Notes: generated by a model not told the origin, from the sequence alone. Counted from the first letter of the stretch, positions 19,280 to 29,434 are shown. The stretch is 64,000 bases of DNA from Candidatus Bathyarchaeota archaeon (GCA_005888745.1 VBBS01000031.1:55614-119613), one strand, 5' to 3'. Made by a program: numbers and translations.

Positions 19280-19783
19280 TTGGCAATGAGCATCGTTGGG
19301 AAGCAGAGTTCGAGACACGAGTCGGGACAGCGGTTCGAGAGGATATTGGTATCTGTAGACGGTTCTGAAGGCTCGGCTAGAGCTTCGGAGGTCGCGGTGG
19401 ATTTAGCGGAGAGATTCAACGCCCAACTCTTCGTATTGAACGTGTTCCGGGGTTACCCCGAGTACATGACCTTGTTTCCTTCTGCTCCATCTCCATCCGG
19501 CGAGGCCATCCAGGCTTACGAATCGTACGCAAGAAAAGCTGCTTTGGAAGTGGTAGGGCTGACTTTATCGATGGCTGAGAAAAAGGGCGTGAAGGCTAAG
19601 CCTCAAACTAGCGAAACTGTTGGGTCCGTTGTTCAAGCAATAACTGACTACGCTGCCAGCGAGAAGATTGACCTAATCGTCATGGGGACACGTGGAATGG
19701 GGGGTTTCAAGAGGATGCTCATTGGAAGTGTCTCGAGCGGTGTTGTCACACACGCTCAATGCGCCGTTCTAGTGGTAAGGTGA
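19280..19783 (+). CDS. Universal stress protein (UspA family)
   Basis: ILVSVDGSE...IDLIVMGTRGMGGFKRMLIGSVSSGVVTHAQCAVLVV is the classic UspA ATP-binding architecture. Confidence 0.8.
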   Translation: MAMSIVGKQSSRHESGQRFERILVSVDGSEGSARASEVAVDLAERFNAQLFVLNVFRGYPEYMTLFPSAPSPSGEAIQAYESYARKAALEVVGLTLSMAEKKGVKAKPQTSETVGSVVQAITDYAASEKIDLIVMGTRGMGGFKRMLIGSVSSGVVTHAQCAVLVVR

Positions 19784-19793
19784 GGCTTCTCAC

Positions 19794-20171
19794 ATGAAGC
19801 CAACAGGGGAAGTCTCAGCCCCATTGCCCGTGTACATCGTGGGCCTCGACGACAATGATATCGAGTCTTCCCTAGCCAAAACAAAATTCCAAAGGTCAAT
19901 AGAATCTCTTAGCCACCTCTACCCTGAGCTCGGGGAGGCCAGAGCCACCGTCAAAGCATTCTCCAAGGGGAAGGAGAGGAAGCATTTCGAGGTTCATGTA
20001 TTGATAAGAATGCCCAAACACCAGGTCGAGTTCAGAGAAGAGGGCTGGTCCATCGAAGAGGCCTTCGAAAACATAGGACTGAAAATCAAGAGGCTCATGA
20101 CAAAACCCCGTGACAGTCCGTCCCGACGTCGCCTCCCAGCAAGGGCCGAAAGAGCAGTAGCTCGATTCTAG
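19794..20171 (+). CDS. HPF/RaiA-like (ribosome hibernation / sigma-54 modulation protein family) candidate
   Basis: VYIVGLDDNDIES...FEVHVLIRMP...SIEEAFENIGLKIKRLMTK follows the beta-alpha-beta-beta-beta-alpha pattern of HPF/YfiA. The assignment is tentative. Confidence 0.4.
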   Translation: MKPTGEVSAPLPVYIVGLDDNDIESSLAKTKFQRSIESLSHLYPELGEARATVKAFSKGKERKHFEVHVLIRMPKHQVEFREEGWSIEEAFENIGLKIKRLMTKPRDSPSRRRLPARAERAVARF

Positions 20172-20243
20172 ACTAGCAAGAGCATGACCTAGAACGTCAC
20201 CCGAAACTCTATCTTCCTATCTCTTGACTTCGGACTCTTTCAA

Positions 20244-21128
20244 ATGCCCTCCAGTCCACCTTCTCGCCGAGCCCGTCGAGTCTCATACAATCAAGGCCTG
20301 AACAAAGAGCCAAGTCTAAAGGAATTCTACCCTTCTCGACCAGTCAACGCTCGGAAAGGCGACTTTGGTCGGGTGGTCGTTTGTGGAGGCAGTGACCGAT
20401 ATGCTGGCTGTTTGGCCTTCAACTCACTGGCCGCCCTGCGAGCTGGGGCAGATCTTGCAATAGTGGTCGCACCTAGACGAGCTGCGGACATCGTCGCAGG
20501 ATATTCCCCTGATCTCATTACCGTGCCCTGTGATTCTCCTTACCCAGAACCGAATGTCGCGATTGAATCGCTAGAGAATGCTGACTCCCTAGTCATTGGA
20601 TGCGGTGTTACTAGAACTGCAGAGTCGCATCAGGCACTGTTGGACATTATTCAAGGGTGCAAGACACCGATGGTTCTAGACGCTGAAGCCCTTCACAGCC
20701 TAGCGGCCAAAACAGACATCATTAAAGGAAAGAAAGCGCTTTTGACACCAAACGCCGGAGAATACGAAGTTCTCTCCAGGGCCTCCTGGCCTTCCACTCT
20801 TGAGGCGAAGAGAACGGCGGTCGAAAATCTAGCGAGACAGTACGATGCAACAGTTGTTGTAAAAGGGGTTCCGGATGTGATTTCTGATGGGAAAAGAACC
20901 TACGTCGACCGTCGAGGGTCTCCTTATCTGACGAAAGGAGGGTACGGCGATCTCCTCGCGGGAGTCGCTGGCGCTCATCTCGCGAGGGGGAGAAACCCGT
21001 TCGACGCCGCGAAAGTCGCCGCCTTCATGGTTGGACGTGCGGGGGAGCTAGCGTCATCCAAACTCGGCGAAAGCACATTGGCCAGTGATGTTTTGTCGCA
21101 TCTTTCCCTTGTAATCCCTTCCCGTTGA
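20244..21128 (+). CDS. nnrD: ADP-dependent (S)-NAD(P)H-hydrate dehydratase (YjeF C-terminal domain)
   Basis: GDFGRVVVCGGS..YAGC..LAALRAGADL...LTPNAGE...GVPDVISDG...TKGGYGDLLAG motifs of the carbohydrate-kinase-like YjeF-C domain. Confidence 0.8.
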   Translation: MPSSPPSRRARRVSYNQGLNKEPSLKEFYPSRPVNARKGDFGRVVVCGGSDRYAGCLAFNSLAALRAGADLAIVVAPRRAADIVAGYSPDLITVPCDSPYPEPNVAIESLENADSLVIGCGVTRTAESHQALLDIIQGCKTPMVLDAEALHSLAAKTDIIKGKKALLTPNAGEYEVLSRASWPSTLEAKRTAVENLARQYDATVVVKGVPDVISDGKRTYVDRRGSPYLTKGGYGDLLAGVAGAHLARGRNPFDAAKVAAFMVGRAGELASSKLGESTLASDVLSHLSLVIPSR

Positions 21129-21181
21129 CATGAGGGTCTGTGACAAGCCTAAGAAAGGGAAGAAGATAGGAAGGAAGGCGG

Positions 21182-22300
21182 ATGTCGCTTAACATCGGGA
21201 GGATCATAGGGATTCCCGTCAGAATCCACTACACTCTCTGGCTCGTTCTTCTCTTAATCGCGTGGTCACTTGCTGAAGGCTACATGCCTCAGCATTATCC
21301 CAGCCTTGGTGTGATCACCTACTGGGCAATAGGAATCGTATCCGCCATCATTCTTTTCGTCTCAGTCTTCCTCCATGAACTTTCCCACTCATATATCGCC
21401 GAGAAAAATGGCCTAACGATCGCAAGGATTACCCTGTTCTTCTTCGGAGGGGTCTCAGAAATGAGCGAAGAGCCGAAAGACGCGGCGCTGGAAGTTCGCA
21501 TGGCAGCCGCAGGCCCCCTCACAAGCTTTCTGATCGCAATTGTCCTAGGCGCCTCCTGGTATCTGACAGGACTAGTAAACGGACCGGTCCCGGTTATTGC
21601 AACGCTCTACTATGCGGCGCTCCTCAACGGAGTTCTAGGCGCGTTCAACCTAATTCCCGCCTTCCCTCTGGATGGAGGCAGAGTCCTCCGCGGAAGTCTC
21701 TGGAGTCGATCGAAGAATCTTCTCAGTGCCACCGCGAACGCGACACGAGTTAGCGAAGCGATCTCTCTACTGATGATGGCCGTCGGGCTGTTCTTCGTTG
21801 TCTTCGGGGATTTCGTCAATGGATTATGGATCATCTTTCTTGGCTGGTTCATCAGATCGGGCGCAGAGACAAGCTTGAGACAGACGAGATTGACCGAGTC
21901 TCTGGCAGGCGTCAGCGTCGGAGACATCATGACTAGAGAACTACTATCTGTCTCTCCTGATGCTTCTGTCCAACAGCTGGTCTCCGACTTCTTCCTCGTC
22001 CATCCCCACGGAGGCTACCCGGTCGTTTCAAACGGGAAATTGCTCGGGGTTGTCACGATGTCGTCTGTTCGGTCGATTCCTCGCGAGAAGAGGGAGATCG
22101 AGAGAGTCAGCCAGGCAATGGTTCCCTATGAACGAACGATCACGGTGAGTCCGACAACCTCAGCCATCGACGCCTTGCAAATGATGGCCAAGAATGGGGT
22201 AGGCAGACTGGTCGTTATGGATGGAGACAAGATTGCTGGAATGGTCACCCGCGGAGATCTAATGAAGACCATGAAGGCAAGGCAAGAACTTGGTATGTAG
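21182..22300 (+). CDS. Site-2 protease (M50 family) with a C-terminal tandem CBS pair
   Basis: HELSH zinc-binding motif in a TM helix, an LDGGRV motif, and two CBS domains at the C-terminus. Confidence 0.8.
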   Translation: MSLNIGRIIGIPVRIHYTLWLVLLLIAWSLAEGYMPQHYPSLGVITYWAIGIVSAIILFVSVFLHELSHSYIAEKNGLTIARITLFFFGGVSEMSEEPKDAALEVRMAAAGPLTSFLIAIVLGASWYLTGLVNGPVPVIATLYYAALLNGVLGAFNLIPAFPLDGGRVLRGSLWSRSKNLLSATANATRVSEAISLLMMAVGLFFVVFGDFVNGLWIIFLGWFIRSGAETSLRQTRLTESLAGVSVGDIMTRELLSVSPDASVQQLVSDFFLVHPHGGYPVVSNGKLLGVVTMSSVRSIPREKREIERVSQAMVPYERTITVSPTTSAIDALQMMAKNGVGRLVVMDGDKIAGMVTRGDLMKTMKARQELGM

Positions 22301-22387
22301 GGATTCCCAGCCCCTCGTGACTAGGCTTGATGCAGAGAAATGGGACGAAGGTAGGCCGTTACTTTCAGTTAGCAGATAGGGTTCTGA

Positions 22388-22801
22388 TTATTTAGCGCGG
22401 GTAAGCGGCCGAATCTTCTCTTCTCGAACCCTTTCCGCACCAGCAATGTCTGGTTTATCCCACTTTTTCACCCATTCGGCGAGGTCGCCGAGAAGAGCAT
22501 GCAGTTCGATCCCCTTCTTGGTGAGCGAGTACTCCACTCGGGGAGGAGTCTCTGGGTAGACTTTTCGCTCGATGATCATTCTCTGGTCCAGCTCGTTCAG
22601 TCTCTCTGCGAGGCTCGTAGCGCTAATCCCCTGTATCCTCCGTTTCAACTCGTTGAATCTTGCTGGCTCTTTGAGGCCTAGAGCGTGGATCACAGGAAGG
22701 GTCCAGACTTTGGTAAGGTCGTTCCAGGCGGAGTGTAGCAGCTTGCATTCATCGGACTGCTCTTTCGTTATGTCTTGGTTAACCTGAGTTAACTTACTCA
22801 A
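22388..22801 (-). CDS. HxlR family winged-helix transcriptional regulator
   Basis: ...KEPARFNELKRRIQGISATSLAERLNELDQRMIIERKVYPETPPRVEYSLTKKG is the HxlR signature. Confidence 0.8.
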   Translation of the reverse strand: MSKLTQVNQDITKEQSDECKLLHSAWNDLTKVWTLPVIHALGLKEPARFNELKRRIQGISATSLAERLNELDQRMIIERKVYPETPPRVEYSLTKKGIELHALLGDLAEWVKKWDKPDIAGAERVREEKIRPLTRAK

Positions 22802-23207
22802 CTAACTAATACCCACTTAGTTTCCCTGGACTACCAAGTATATAAGCGTGACTGGGCCCTAGGTAGTTCAGACATGATGCGACAGGTTCTGTCAGGTCCT
22901 AGTCTGACATGGGACTTGACTCATCTGCATCGACTTTCAGGATTGCCCTCAGTCTGGGGTTCCTGTACCATTGCTTCCCCTGCAGACGCAACGGCCGTGA
23001 ACCTCACGGCCCTCGTCTGGCATTCACCAGACCAGCTAGACAGTTTGCCAGTCAGGGTTTTACGCCTTGATCAGGGCAACCTATTACCCAGCATTGGCCC
23101 AGTCAGCTCTTTCGGGCCAGAGCCCATAACTTGCCCCTCGGACTGGGCTTCATCGAGTGATGACTACCAACATAGACACGCAGGAGAACTATTTCACGCA
23201 TAGGTGA

Positions 23208-23597
23208 ATGAAAATGATCAGCAGCCGACAAACTGACAGAGCAACGCGACATAAAGAAGATGTTAGAGGTTTCACCGAGAGAGAATATCGATACCTGATG
23301 GAGAGAAGCCTTGCAAGAATCGCCTTTGTCTGCGAAGACTCTCAACCTCACATCGTCCCCGTAATCTACGAATTTGACGGTCGCTACCTCTACCTCAGCG
23401 GCTGGAACCTACAATATAGCCTGCGATTCCAGGACCTGGACGAGGAAAAGATCACTCTCCTCGTCGATGACTTGGAGTCTGCCAATCGACTAATTCCCCG
23501 TGGAATCGAGGTCACCGGTCTTGTTGAGACCAAAGAGAAGGACGCTAAGCTCTATCTCAGAATCACACCGGTAGGAAAGATAAGCTGGGGACTCTAA
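23208..23597 (+). CDS. Pyridoxamine 5-prime-phosphate oxidase-like FMN-binding protein (PNPOx/general stress protein 26 family)
   Basis: 129 aa split-barrel-like; ...LARIAFVCEDSQPHIVPVIYEFDGRYLYLSG... Confidence 0.5.
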   Translation: MKMISSRQTDRATRHKEDVRGFTEREYRYLMERSLARIAFVCEDSQPHIVPVIYEFDGRYLYLSGWNLQYSLRFQDLDEEKITLLVDDLESANRLIPRGIEVTGLVETKEKDAKLYLRITPVGKISWGL

Positions 23598-23599
23598 AC

Positions 23600-24571
23600 A
23601 TGACAACAACACTATCTGCGCTAGAGAACCAGGTTACCGAGGCTGTCGAGCGGCTGAGCGAGAGCGTCGTCAGCATAGACAGTGTACGGGTCACTAGAGA
23701 CTTTCGCTATGGTCTAGTACCAATCGAAGGAAAAGGTTCCGGACTAATAATCGACCGCAACGGATACGTCATCACCAACAATCACGTCATCGACGGAGCA
23801 ACAAGAGTTCAGGTCCATCTCAAAGATGGTAGAACATTGCTCGGCGAAGTCGTCGGCTCAGACAGTTCCACGGACATCGCCGTGATCAAAGTGGATGCTG
23901 ACAACCTCCCCGGAGCTAGCCTAGGAGACTCGGAGAAACTGAGGGTTGGACAAATCGCTCTCGCGATTGGCAACACCCTCGGGCTTCAAGGGGGACCTAC
24001 GGTTTCCATGGGAGTCGTTAGCGCACTAGGAAGGCCCCTGCCCGGCACGGACTTCATCTTTGAAGGACTCATCCAGACGGATACAGCGATCAATCCGGGA
24101 AACAGCGGAGGACCCCTCGCAGACATAGGAGGAAACGTGATAGGAATGAACACCGCAATGATTCCCTTCGCCCAGGGTGTAGGCTTCGCCATCCCCGTCA
24201 ACACCGTGAAATGGGTTGTACAGCAGATCCTCGAAAAGGGACGAGTAATTCGACCATGGCTTGGAATATCAGGAGCTAACATGAACCAGGCGATCGCCCG
24301 GAGATACGATCTCCCAGCAGACTCAGGAGTGTTGGTGGTTGAAGTCGACTCGCGAGGACCGGCTTATGAGGCAGGGATGCGAGTCGGCGATGTGATAATA
24401 CAAATCGGTTCCCACGCGGTCAAACAGATGAAAGATATCCTGATGGCATTGTCGAAACTTGCGATAAAGGAGGAGGTTGAGGTGGGCTTCATACGGCTAA
24501 ATGCAAAACGAAAGGCTTTACTGAGATTGAAGGAATCACCTATAGCAGTGTCCAGTTCAAGGGAAGGGTAG
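23600..24571 (+). CDS. htrA: HtrA/DegP family serine protease (trypsin-like domain plus PDZ)
   Basis: Catalytic triad context (HVIDGA..., DIAVIKVD, GNSGGPL) followed by a PDZ domain. Confidence 0.85.
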   Translation: MTTTLSALENQVTEAVERLSESVVSIDSVRVTRDFRYGLVPIEGKGSGLIIDRNGYVITNNHVIDGATRVQVHLKDGRTLLGEVVGSDSSTDIAVIKVDADNLPGASLGDSEKLRVGQIALAIGNTLGLQGGPTVSMGVVSALGRPLPGTDFIFEGLIQTDTAINPGNSGGPLADIGGNVIGMNTAMIPFAQGVGFAIPVNTVKWVVQQILEKGRVIRPWLGISGANMNQAIARRYDLPADSGVLVVEVDSRGPAYEAGMRVGDVIIQIGSHAVKQMKDILMALSKLAIKEEVEVGFIRLNAKRKALLRLKESPIAVSSSREG

Positions 24572-24580
24572 AACAGTAAC

Positions 24581-25666
24581 ATGGCCCTAGTTGATCTAAG
24601 CCAGATAGTAAACCTAGTCTACTTCGCCTCATTCTTTCTGATCTTCTTCTACGGTCAACGTCTACAGGTGCAGTGGCAGCTCGTCAGCGTCAAGCGGAGC
24701 CTCGGAAAACTGGAGAGAAGCAAGACGGCTGCTCGCCAAAAATTTGTCGACTCGATATCCCGATTCCAGACGGATAAGAAGACGGTCGAAACCAAGATTG
24801 ACCGACTCAATAACTCCTTCACTATAGCCCCCGTGAGCCTCGATCCCTCTGGGATAGTCGGAAAACTGGAACATGTTCTAGATACCTATGATGATCATTT
24901 GAAAATGGAAGTGAAGGCCATTGCTCCCAACGCCACAGAGTCTGACGTGAACACTCTCAGTAACCAGCTAGAGATCTCAATTGGGTTGGACGGCATGTTC
25001 CGGTTGGTCCGTCACTTCTACCTCCTTGCGAAGAAGACTGGAGGAATAATGGCCCTCGCACAGCTTCAGATGGCTCTCCCGATGATAATGGAAGAGGCCG
25101 AAGCCTATGGCGCCGCCATTGACTCTTTTGCGAAAGCCCAACCTATAGGCGATGGGGTCGGACCCCTAGTCGTAAGCCAGATCACTGCTGGACGACAAGG
25201 AAACGAGCTAGTGAAAGACACAATGGTCTACGATGTCGACTTTGAAGGTCGACGAGTCTGGGTTGTCCGAGCAAAGGGTCCAGGAGGAAACGTCGGAAAA
25301 CCGGGTCTTGCAGTTGAGAAGCTGATCCAGGAATCAGGACCCATTGGGCTAGTAGTTACAGTTGATGCGGCATTGAAGTTCGAGGGAGAACCCAGCGGAG
25401 ATGTCGCGGAAGGAATCGGTGCCGCGATTGGCGGGCCCGGAACAGAACGGTATCACATCGAAGCTAGCGCTTCGAAGAACCAGATTCCGCTCCTCGCAGT
25501 AGTTGTGAAAATGTCTTCAAAGGAAGCAATATCGTCCATCACACCTCTTGTCAAGACGGGGGTCGACGCTGCAGTCAGCAGGGTCCAGGACGAGATCAGA
25601 TCAAAGTCTAAGCCGGGCGACAACATTATCCTAGTGGGCGTAGGAAACACGATCGGCGTCCCCTAG
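24581..25666 (+). CDS. DUF1512-like archaeal protein with an N-terminal TM helix
   Basis: 361 aa, an N-terminal hydrophobic helix followed by a soluble domain; overall resemblance to the archaeal DUF1512 family, recalled from memory. Confidence 0.45.
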   Translation: MALVDLSQIVNLVYFASFFLIFFYGQRLQVQWQLVSVKRSLGKLERSKTAARQKFVDSISRFQTDKKTVETKIDRLNNSFTIAPVSLDPSGIVGKLEHVLDTYDDHLKMEVKAIAPNATESDVNTLSNQLEISIGLDGMFRLVRHFYLLAKKTGGIMALAQLQMALPMIMEEAEAYGAAIDSFAKAQPIGDGVGPLVVSQITAGRQGNELVKDTMVYDVDFEGRRVWVVRAKGPGGNVGKPGLAVEKLIQESGPIGLVVTVDAALKFEGEPSGDVAEGIGAAIGGPGTERYHIEASASKNQIPLLAVVVKMSSKEAISSITPLVKTGVDAAVSRVQDEIRSKSKPGDNIILVGVGNTIGVP

Positions 25667-25679
25667 CGGTGCCTCGACC

Positions 25680-26087
25680 GTGGAGCACCCTAGGTTGAGC
25701 CTCGCAGGAGACAAATTGTCGGAGTTCGCAGGCCAGAAACATATCAGTCTTGAAACATATCGGAAGACTGGGGACCCCGTGCGCACCCCTGTTTGGTTTA
25801 TCGAAGAGAATGGAGAGCTGTTCGTCCGCACTGATTCTAGTACTGGAAAGATAAAGCGGATCCGTAACAATTCCCGAGTTCGCATCGCCCCCTGTAACGC
25901 GCGAGGCACCGTCAAAGGCATATGGGTCGACGGAGAGGCTCGAATGATCGAACCAGAATCATCCGAACACGTCTTCTCTCTCCTAAAGAAAAAGTACGGA
26001 ATGTCCTACAAGATCATCAGGTTCGTCCAACGGTTCAGCAGGAGCAAAGCCCATCCCATCGGGCTAGCGATTCGAATCCGGACTTAG
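25680..26087 (+). CDS. PPOX-class (F420/FMN-dependent) split-barrel flavoprotein
   Basis: ...ISLETYRKTGDPVRTPVWFIEENGELFVRTDSSTGKIKRIRNNSRVRIAP... matches the PNPOx-like/FDOR pattern. Confidence 0.6.
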   Translation: MEHPRLSLAGDKLSEFAGQKHISLETYRKTGDPVRTPVWFIEENGELFVRTDSSTGKIKRIRNNSRVRIAPCNARGTVKGIWVDGEARMIEPESSEHVFSLLKKKYGMSYKIIRFVQRFSRSKAHPIGLAIRIRT

Positions 26088-26405
26088 CATATAGTTCTCG
26101 AGTCAGAACCCGCCCATTTTTAGCCCTGATCTCGGTTCTAGGAGCCCTTCCCCAGATTTCCTACCAAATCGTTCTTGACGCCTCGACAAAACGCCATACC
26201 ATCCGAGCCTCTACAGTGCCTGAATTGCCGTCTCGCCAATAATCACCGTCAGACAGCAAATACTCTCTGGACGAGGGGGGGTTCTAAGCGACCGTCCCCG
26301 CGTCGCATGAGCGGGCAGTTCAGACAGGACGAAACTGCGCTGACTCGAAGACAGGCCGGCTAGATGAGGCAGCCCTATTTTTCCTTGGAAGTTCCGAACC
26401 GTATT

Positions 26406-26825
26406 CTAAGGCTCGGTGATCTTAATGGCTTGAACTGGGCACTGGATCTCGCAAGCTCGACAGAAGATACAGTCTTGTTCTCTGGCGGGATCAGCTTTCC
26501 AGTTCGCCAACGGTGCCTTTCCGCTGTCATTGGTAACTCCTTTGTCCATTTTCTCCTGTTCACCGGGAAGTTCAAGCCGGTCGAACACGTTTACAGGACA
26601 GACGGTAATACAGATACCATCGGCGATGCAAATGTCAAAGTCCACACCTACGTTGCTCCCGTGAACCCCGTACTCCTTGCTCACTCCATTCTTGTACAGG
26701 ATCTTGTGCCCAAGATGCTGCTCCTTTGTGGGCCACTGATTTGGAAAACTAGCGTCTTCGATGAGCTTCCGAACGTTTCCATCCGCCACGGCTAATCCTT
26801 CCTCAAGAGCCCCTGTTAACGGCAT
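26406..26825 (-). CDS. Zinc-containing 7Fe ferredoxin (Sulfolobus type)
   Basis: HLGHKILY...GVHGSNVGVDFDICIADGICITVCPVNVF...ADPAREQDCIFCRACEIQCPVQAIKITEP is colinear with the archaeal zinc ferredoxin, including the His-rich zinc site. The annotated start may be too far upstream. Confidence 0.75.
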   Translation of the reverse strand: MPLTGALEEGLAVADGNVRKLIEDASFPNQWPTKEQHLGHKILYKNGVSKEYGVHGSNVGVDFDICIADGICITVCPVNVFDRLELPGEQEKMDKGVTNDSGKAPLANWKADPAREQDCIFCRACEIQCPVQAIKITEP

Positions 26826-27007
26826 ATAAAACCGTTGAATCCGAAAAGTATGCTGACACAGCTCTCGCCCTCGGTCCTGTAGACCAGGGCTCGCTATTGC
26901 ATGTTACTTAGCCGGTCAATAACCGAAACTACCTTTTCTTCCCATCCCATTTCCCATCAGCCAAGATTAATGAAAATCGCAGCTGGATCGTAGGCGCTCC
27001 CAGTCCC

Positions 27008-27505
27008 GTGAGAAGCTTCATGGCTGTTACAACACACGTATCCGTTCGACCCAGGTCATGCTATCTTCCAGGCCACCGACGATTGCGCACACAGATCTCT
27101 ACCTTATTCCACGAAACCGTCAACGATTGTTTTAGAAACGCACTTGACGGCATGGGCCCGACAGTACGCGATGTAATCTACGACCTACTTGCAAAGAAAG
27201 GAATTGAACAGTCGGAAATATCCTCACGGTTTGACGATGTTGTCGCAGTCCTAATGGATTCTCTCGGGGCGAGCGCACGCGTGCTCATCTACCGGACAAT
27301 GACCCTGTTATGTCAGGAGTACCAGGTCAGGGCGGACTTCTCCTATCAAGACTCTCTCAGAGACAGGATGGTCCTTCTCAGGGATCGAGTAGTCGCGGAC
27401 CATCTATATCCGAGGCGCGTACAACGAAACGATCCGGTATTCTCCACCCCCAACACTGCGCATTTCGCGCAAAATCCTGGGGCAACCCTTTCAGGCGGAA
27501 AATAG
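27008..27505 (+). CDS. Hypothetical protein
   Basis: 165-aa ORF with no recognisable motif. Confidence 0.3.
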   Translation: MRSFMAVTTHVSVRPRSCYLPGHRRLRTQISTLFHETVNDCFRNALDGMGPTVRDVIYDLLAKKGIEQSEISSRFDDVVAVLMDSLGASARVLIYRTMTLLCQEYQVRADFSYQDSLRDRMVLLRDRVVADHLYPRRVQRNDPVFSTPNTAHFAQNPGATLSGGK

Positions 27506-27669
27506 AAAGAACTCGGCGCATTCAACCCTCAAACCTGGACTCCACGTGCCCGTGTTTTACCATCCTGCAACCCAGACATGCTGATCGTTAGACAGGATCT
27601 ATCAACAATCGTTGCCATTCCGTTCCAGTTCGAAAGTGGTTTAAGACCGGCATTCTACGAGCGCTTCAC

Positions 27670-27782
27670 GCCGGGATGGCTGAGTGGTTAAAGCGACGGC
27701 CTCGAGATCTCAAGTGATAAGGGCCAGGACACGACAGCCGTTGGGCGTCACGCCCTCGTGGGTTCGAATCCCACTCCCGGCG
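27670..27782 (+). tRNA. tRNA-Ser(CGA) with a ~29-nt intron at the canonical 37/38 position
   Basis: Acceptor GCCGGGA/TCCCGGC, discriminator G, 3-bp D-stem GCT/AGC with a long D-loop. Anticodon stem ACGGC...GCCGT with loop CUCGAG+A, interrupted after position 37. Long variable hairpin GGGCGTCACGCCC. T-arm GTGGG-TTCGAAT-CCCAC. Confidence 0.7.
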
Positions 27783-27834
27783 CCTGAACTTAGCGTAGAG
27801 TCAAAATCCTGGACAATCTATCGATACAGCTGAT

Positions 27835-28659
27835 CTAGCTCTTCTTGAACTTGTTCCAGAAATGCTGTTTGTGTTTGGCGATTCTGGCCGCTTTCTCGAC
27901 CCCAGCATCAATGTCCGCACCTTCCGACTTTTCGTTCTGCTCGTCCGACGAGGCTTCTGACGTGCCGATAGCAGACTTTGAGCTAGTTGAGCCTCCACCG
28001 GTTCCGGGCTTCACCTCTCCCCTCAGCGGCGCTCCACCATCAACGTCCGTCATGTCAACTTTAGGCCTCTCTGCTTCTTGCCCATCGCCTGTTTCGACGA
28101 GGGAGATCTGGAACTCGCACTCGGCCTCGCCTTGCGACATACAGCGGACTTCTTTGGCTTGAACTGTCTTGTCGAGCACTTCGGCGAATATTCCAGCTAG
28201 AAAGCCGCTTGTAAATATGCAGTTAGGTTCTTCCGAGGATCCGTTTTCAGTGGCTTCGAAGCAGTTGGCTACGACTATGTTTGCGTTGCTCTTGTCGAAA
28301 TCGAGCCCGCTGATCCGGATCTTGCCCAGGCCAAGGTTCGTGTCCTCGAGCGCCGAGTGAACCAGGTTTTCTAGACTCTGTCTACTTTGTTCGCCTGTGG
28401 TCCCTATGCTTTCTCTGAAAATGCTCCCTTCGTGTACACCGATCCCGCTCGCCAGGTAGGAGAGGAATGGTGCTGACTGGTCTCCGACCAGTCTTTCGAG
28501 TGCTTCCCTCATGATCCGGATAACATCCCTCCTCAGAATGATCATTTTCTGTCCAAAGAAGGACACTTCTCCTTTGTTGTCGTTGAAGCGGAGCTGGTTC
28601 ACTGATCCTACGAGTCTTCGGAGGTCGTAGCCCGTTGAGCGTTTGGGGTTAGTTTGCAA
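27835..28659 (-). CDS. V4R (4-vinyl reductase) domain protein with a disordered Gly/Ser/acidic C-terminal tail
   Basis: V4R-like core with conserved Cys and GF..G positions (...NCFEATENG...CIFTSGFLAGIFAEVL...). The start overlaps the upstream MinD-like gene by 11 nt. Confidence 0.65.
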   Translation of the reverse strand: MQTNPKRSTGYDLRRLVGSVNQLRFNDNKGEVSFFGQKMIILRRDVIRIMREALERLVGDQSAPFLSYLASGIGVHEGSIFRESIGTTGEQSRQSLENLVHSALEDTNLGLGKIRISGLDFDKSNANIVVANCFEATENGSSEEPNCIFTSGFLAGIFAEVLDKTVQAKEVRCMSQGEAECEFQISLVETGDGQEAERPKVDMTDVDGGAPLRGEVKPGTGGGSTSSKSAIGTSEASSDEQNEKSEGADIDAGVEKAARIAKHKQHFWNKFKKS

Positions 28660-29434
28660 TCTTTGTTGCTCCTGATAATTCTCTCTCCAATATTTCTACC
28701 GCCTCACCTATTTTCTTGGCAAAGGGTGAGTCGGGATTGTCTACGACGAATACGGATCTGCTGAGGTTGTTGATAACGTCCAACTGGAACTCGAAGGCTT
28801 GTAAGAACCGCGACCTGAACAGCTGAGACAGTTCCTGTCCGACCTTTACAGCGTCCTTGATCCGAACACCGGGCGGAACCATGTTGAGCGTGAGAAAGGT
28901 GGGTTTTTCGAATGTTTCCGCTAACAACACCATTACCGCAGTCCCGAACAAGTCTTGCTGATCAACTCTTGACACCAGGACTAGGGCATCGCAGCAACCC
29001 ATCGCGAGAACAGTATCGTTCTCGACTCCGGGGTGAGTGTCGACTATGATATAGTCGAGCTTGTTTTGTTCTCCAACCTTCTGTATCGTGTCTTGGAATA
29101 TTTCGACTTCGAGTCCTGATTTCAGTAGTCGGAGCATATCCTCCACCTTGTTGCTGGCGGGACAGAAGAACAGTCCGCCCTTCTTGAGGTTGAACCTCTG
29201 CGTCAGATCTATCACTACCTCTGCCGGTGTTGCGTCTCCAAGAAATATATCAGTGAGGGTTGCCTTGATCTCGCTCTTCTTCAAACCGAAAAGCACGTGT
29301 AGACCGGGTCCGGATAGGTCGAGGTCCATTACTCCAACTCTGCAGTTCCTGGCGAGAACGGCCGCAAGGTTCGCAGTTAGGGTTGTTTTTCCTGTTCCTC
29401 CTTTGAACGAGTGAACAGCGATTACTTTTGTCAT
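28649..29434 (-). CDS. MinD/ParA-like P-loop ATPase
   Basis: MTKVIAVHSFKGGTGKTTLTANLA... deviant Walker A, then Switch I/II and DTHPG; paralogue of 4821..5651. Confidence 0.8.
   Translation of the reverse strand: MTKVIAVHSFKGGTGKTTLTANLAAVLARNCRVGVMDLDLSGPGLHVLFGLKKSEIKATLTDIFLGDATPAEVVIDLTQRFNLKKGGLFFCPASNKVEDMLRLLKSGLEVEIFQDTIQKVGEQNKLDYIIVDTHPGVENDTVLAMGCCDALVLVSRVDQQDLFGTAVMVLLAETFEKPTFLTLNMVPPGVRIKDAVKVGQELSQLFRSRFLQAFEFQLDVINNLSRSVFVVDNPDSPFAKKIGEAVEILERELSGATKIAN

Noticed and set aside
22802-23207. ORFs 22874..23203 and 23103..23351 and a perfect 8-bp hairpin (GGCCGTGA-ACC-TCACGGCC, around 22990-23010) in the hxlR/PNPOx intergenic region
   Set aside because: The ORF translations have no motif and are Ser/Leu/Pro-biased. 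The hairpin alone is too little to call an ncRNA or terminator.
26364-26795. Plus-strand ORF 26364..26795
   Set aside because: Antisense shadow of the well-supported zinc-ferredoxin gene.
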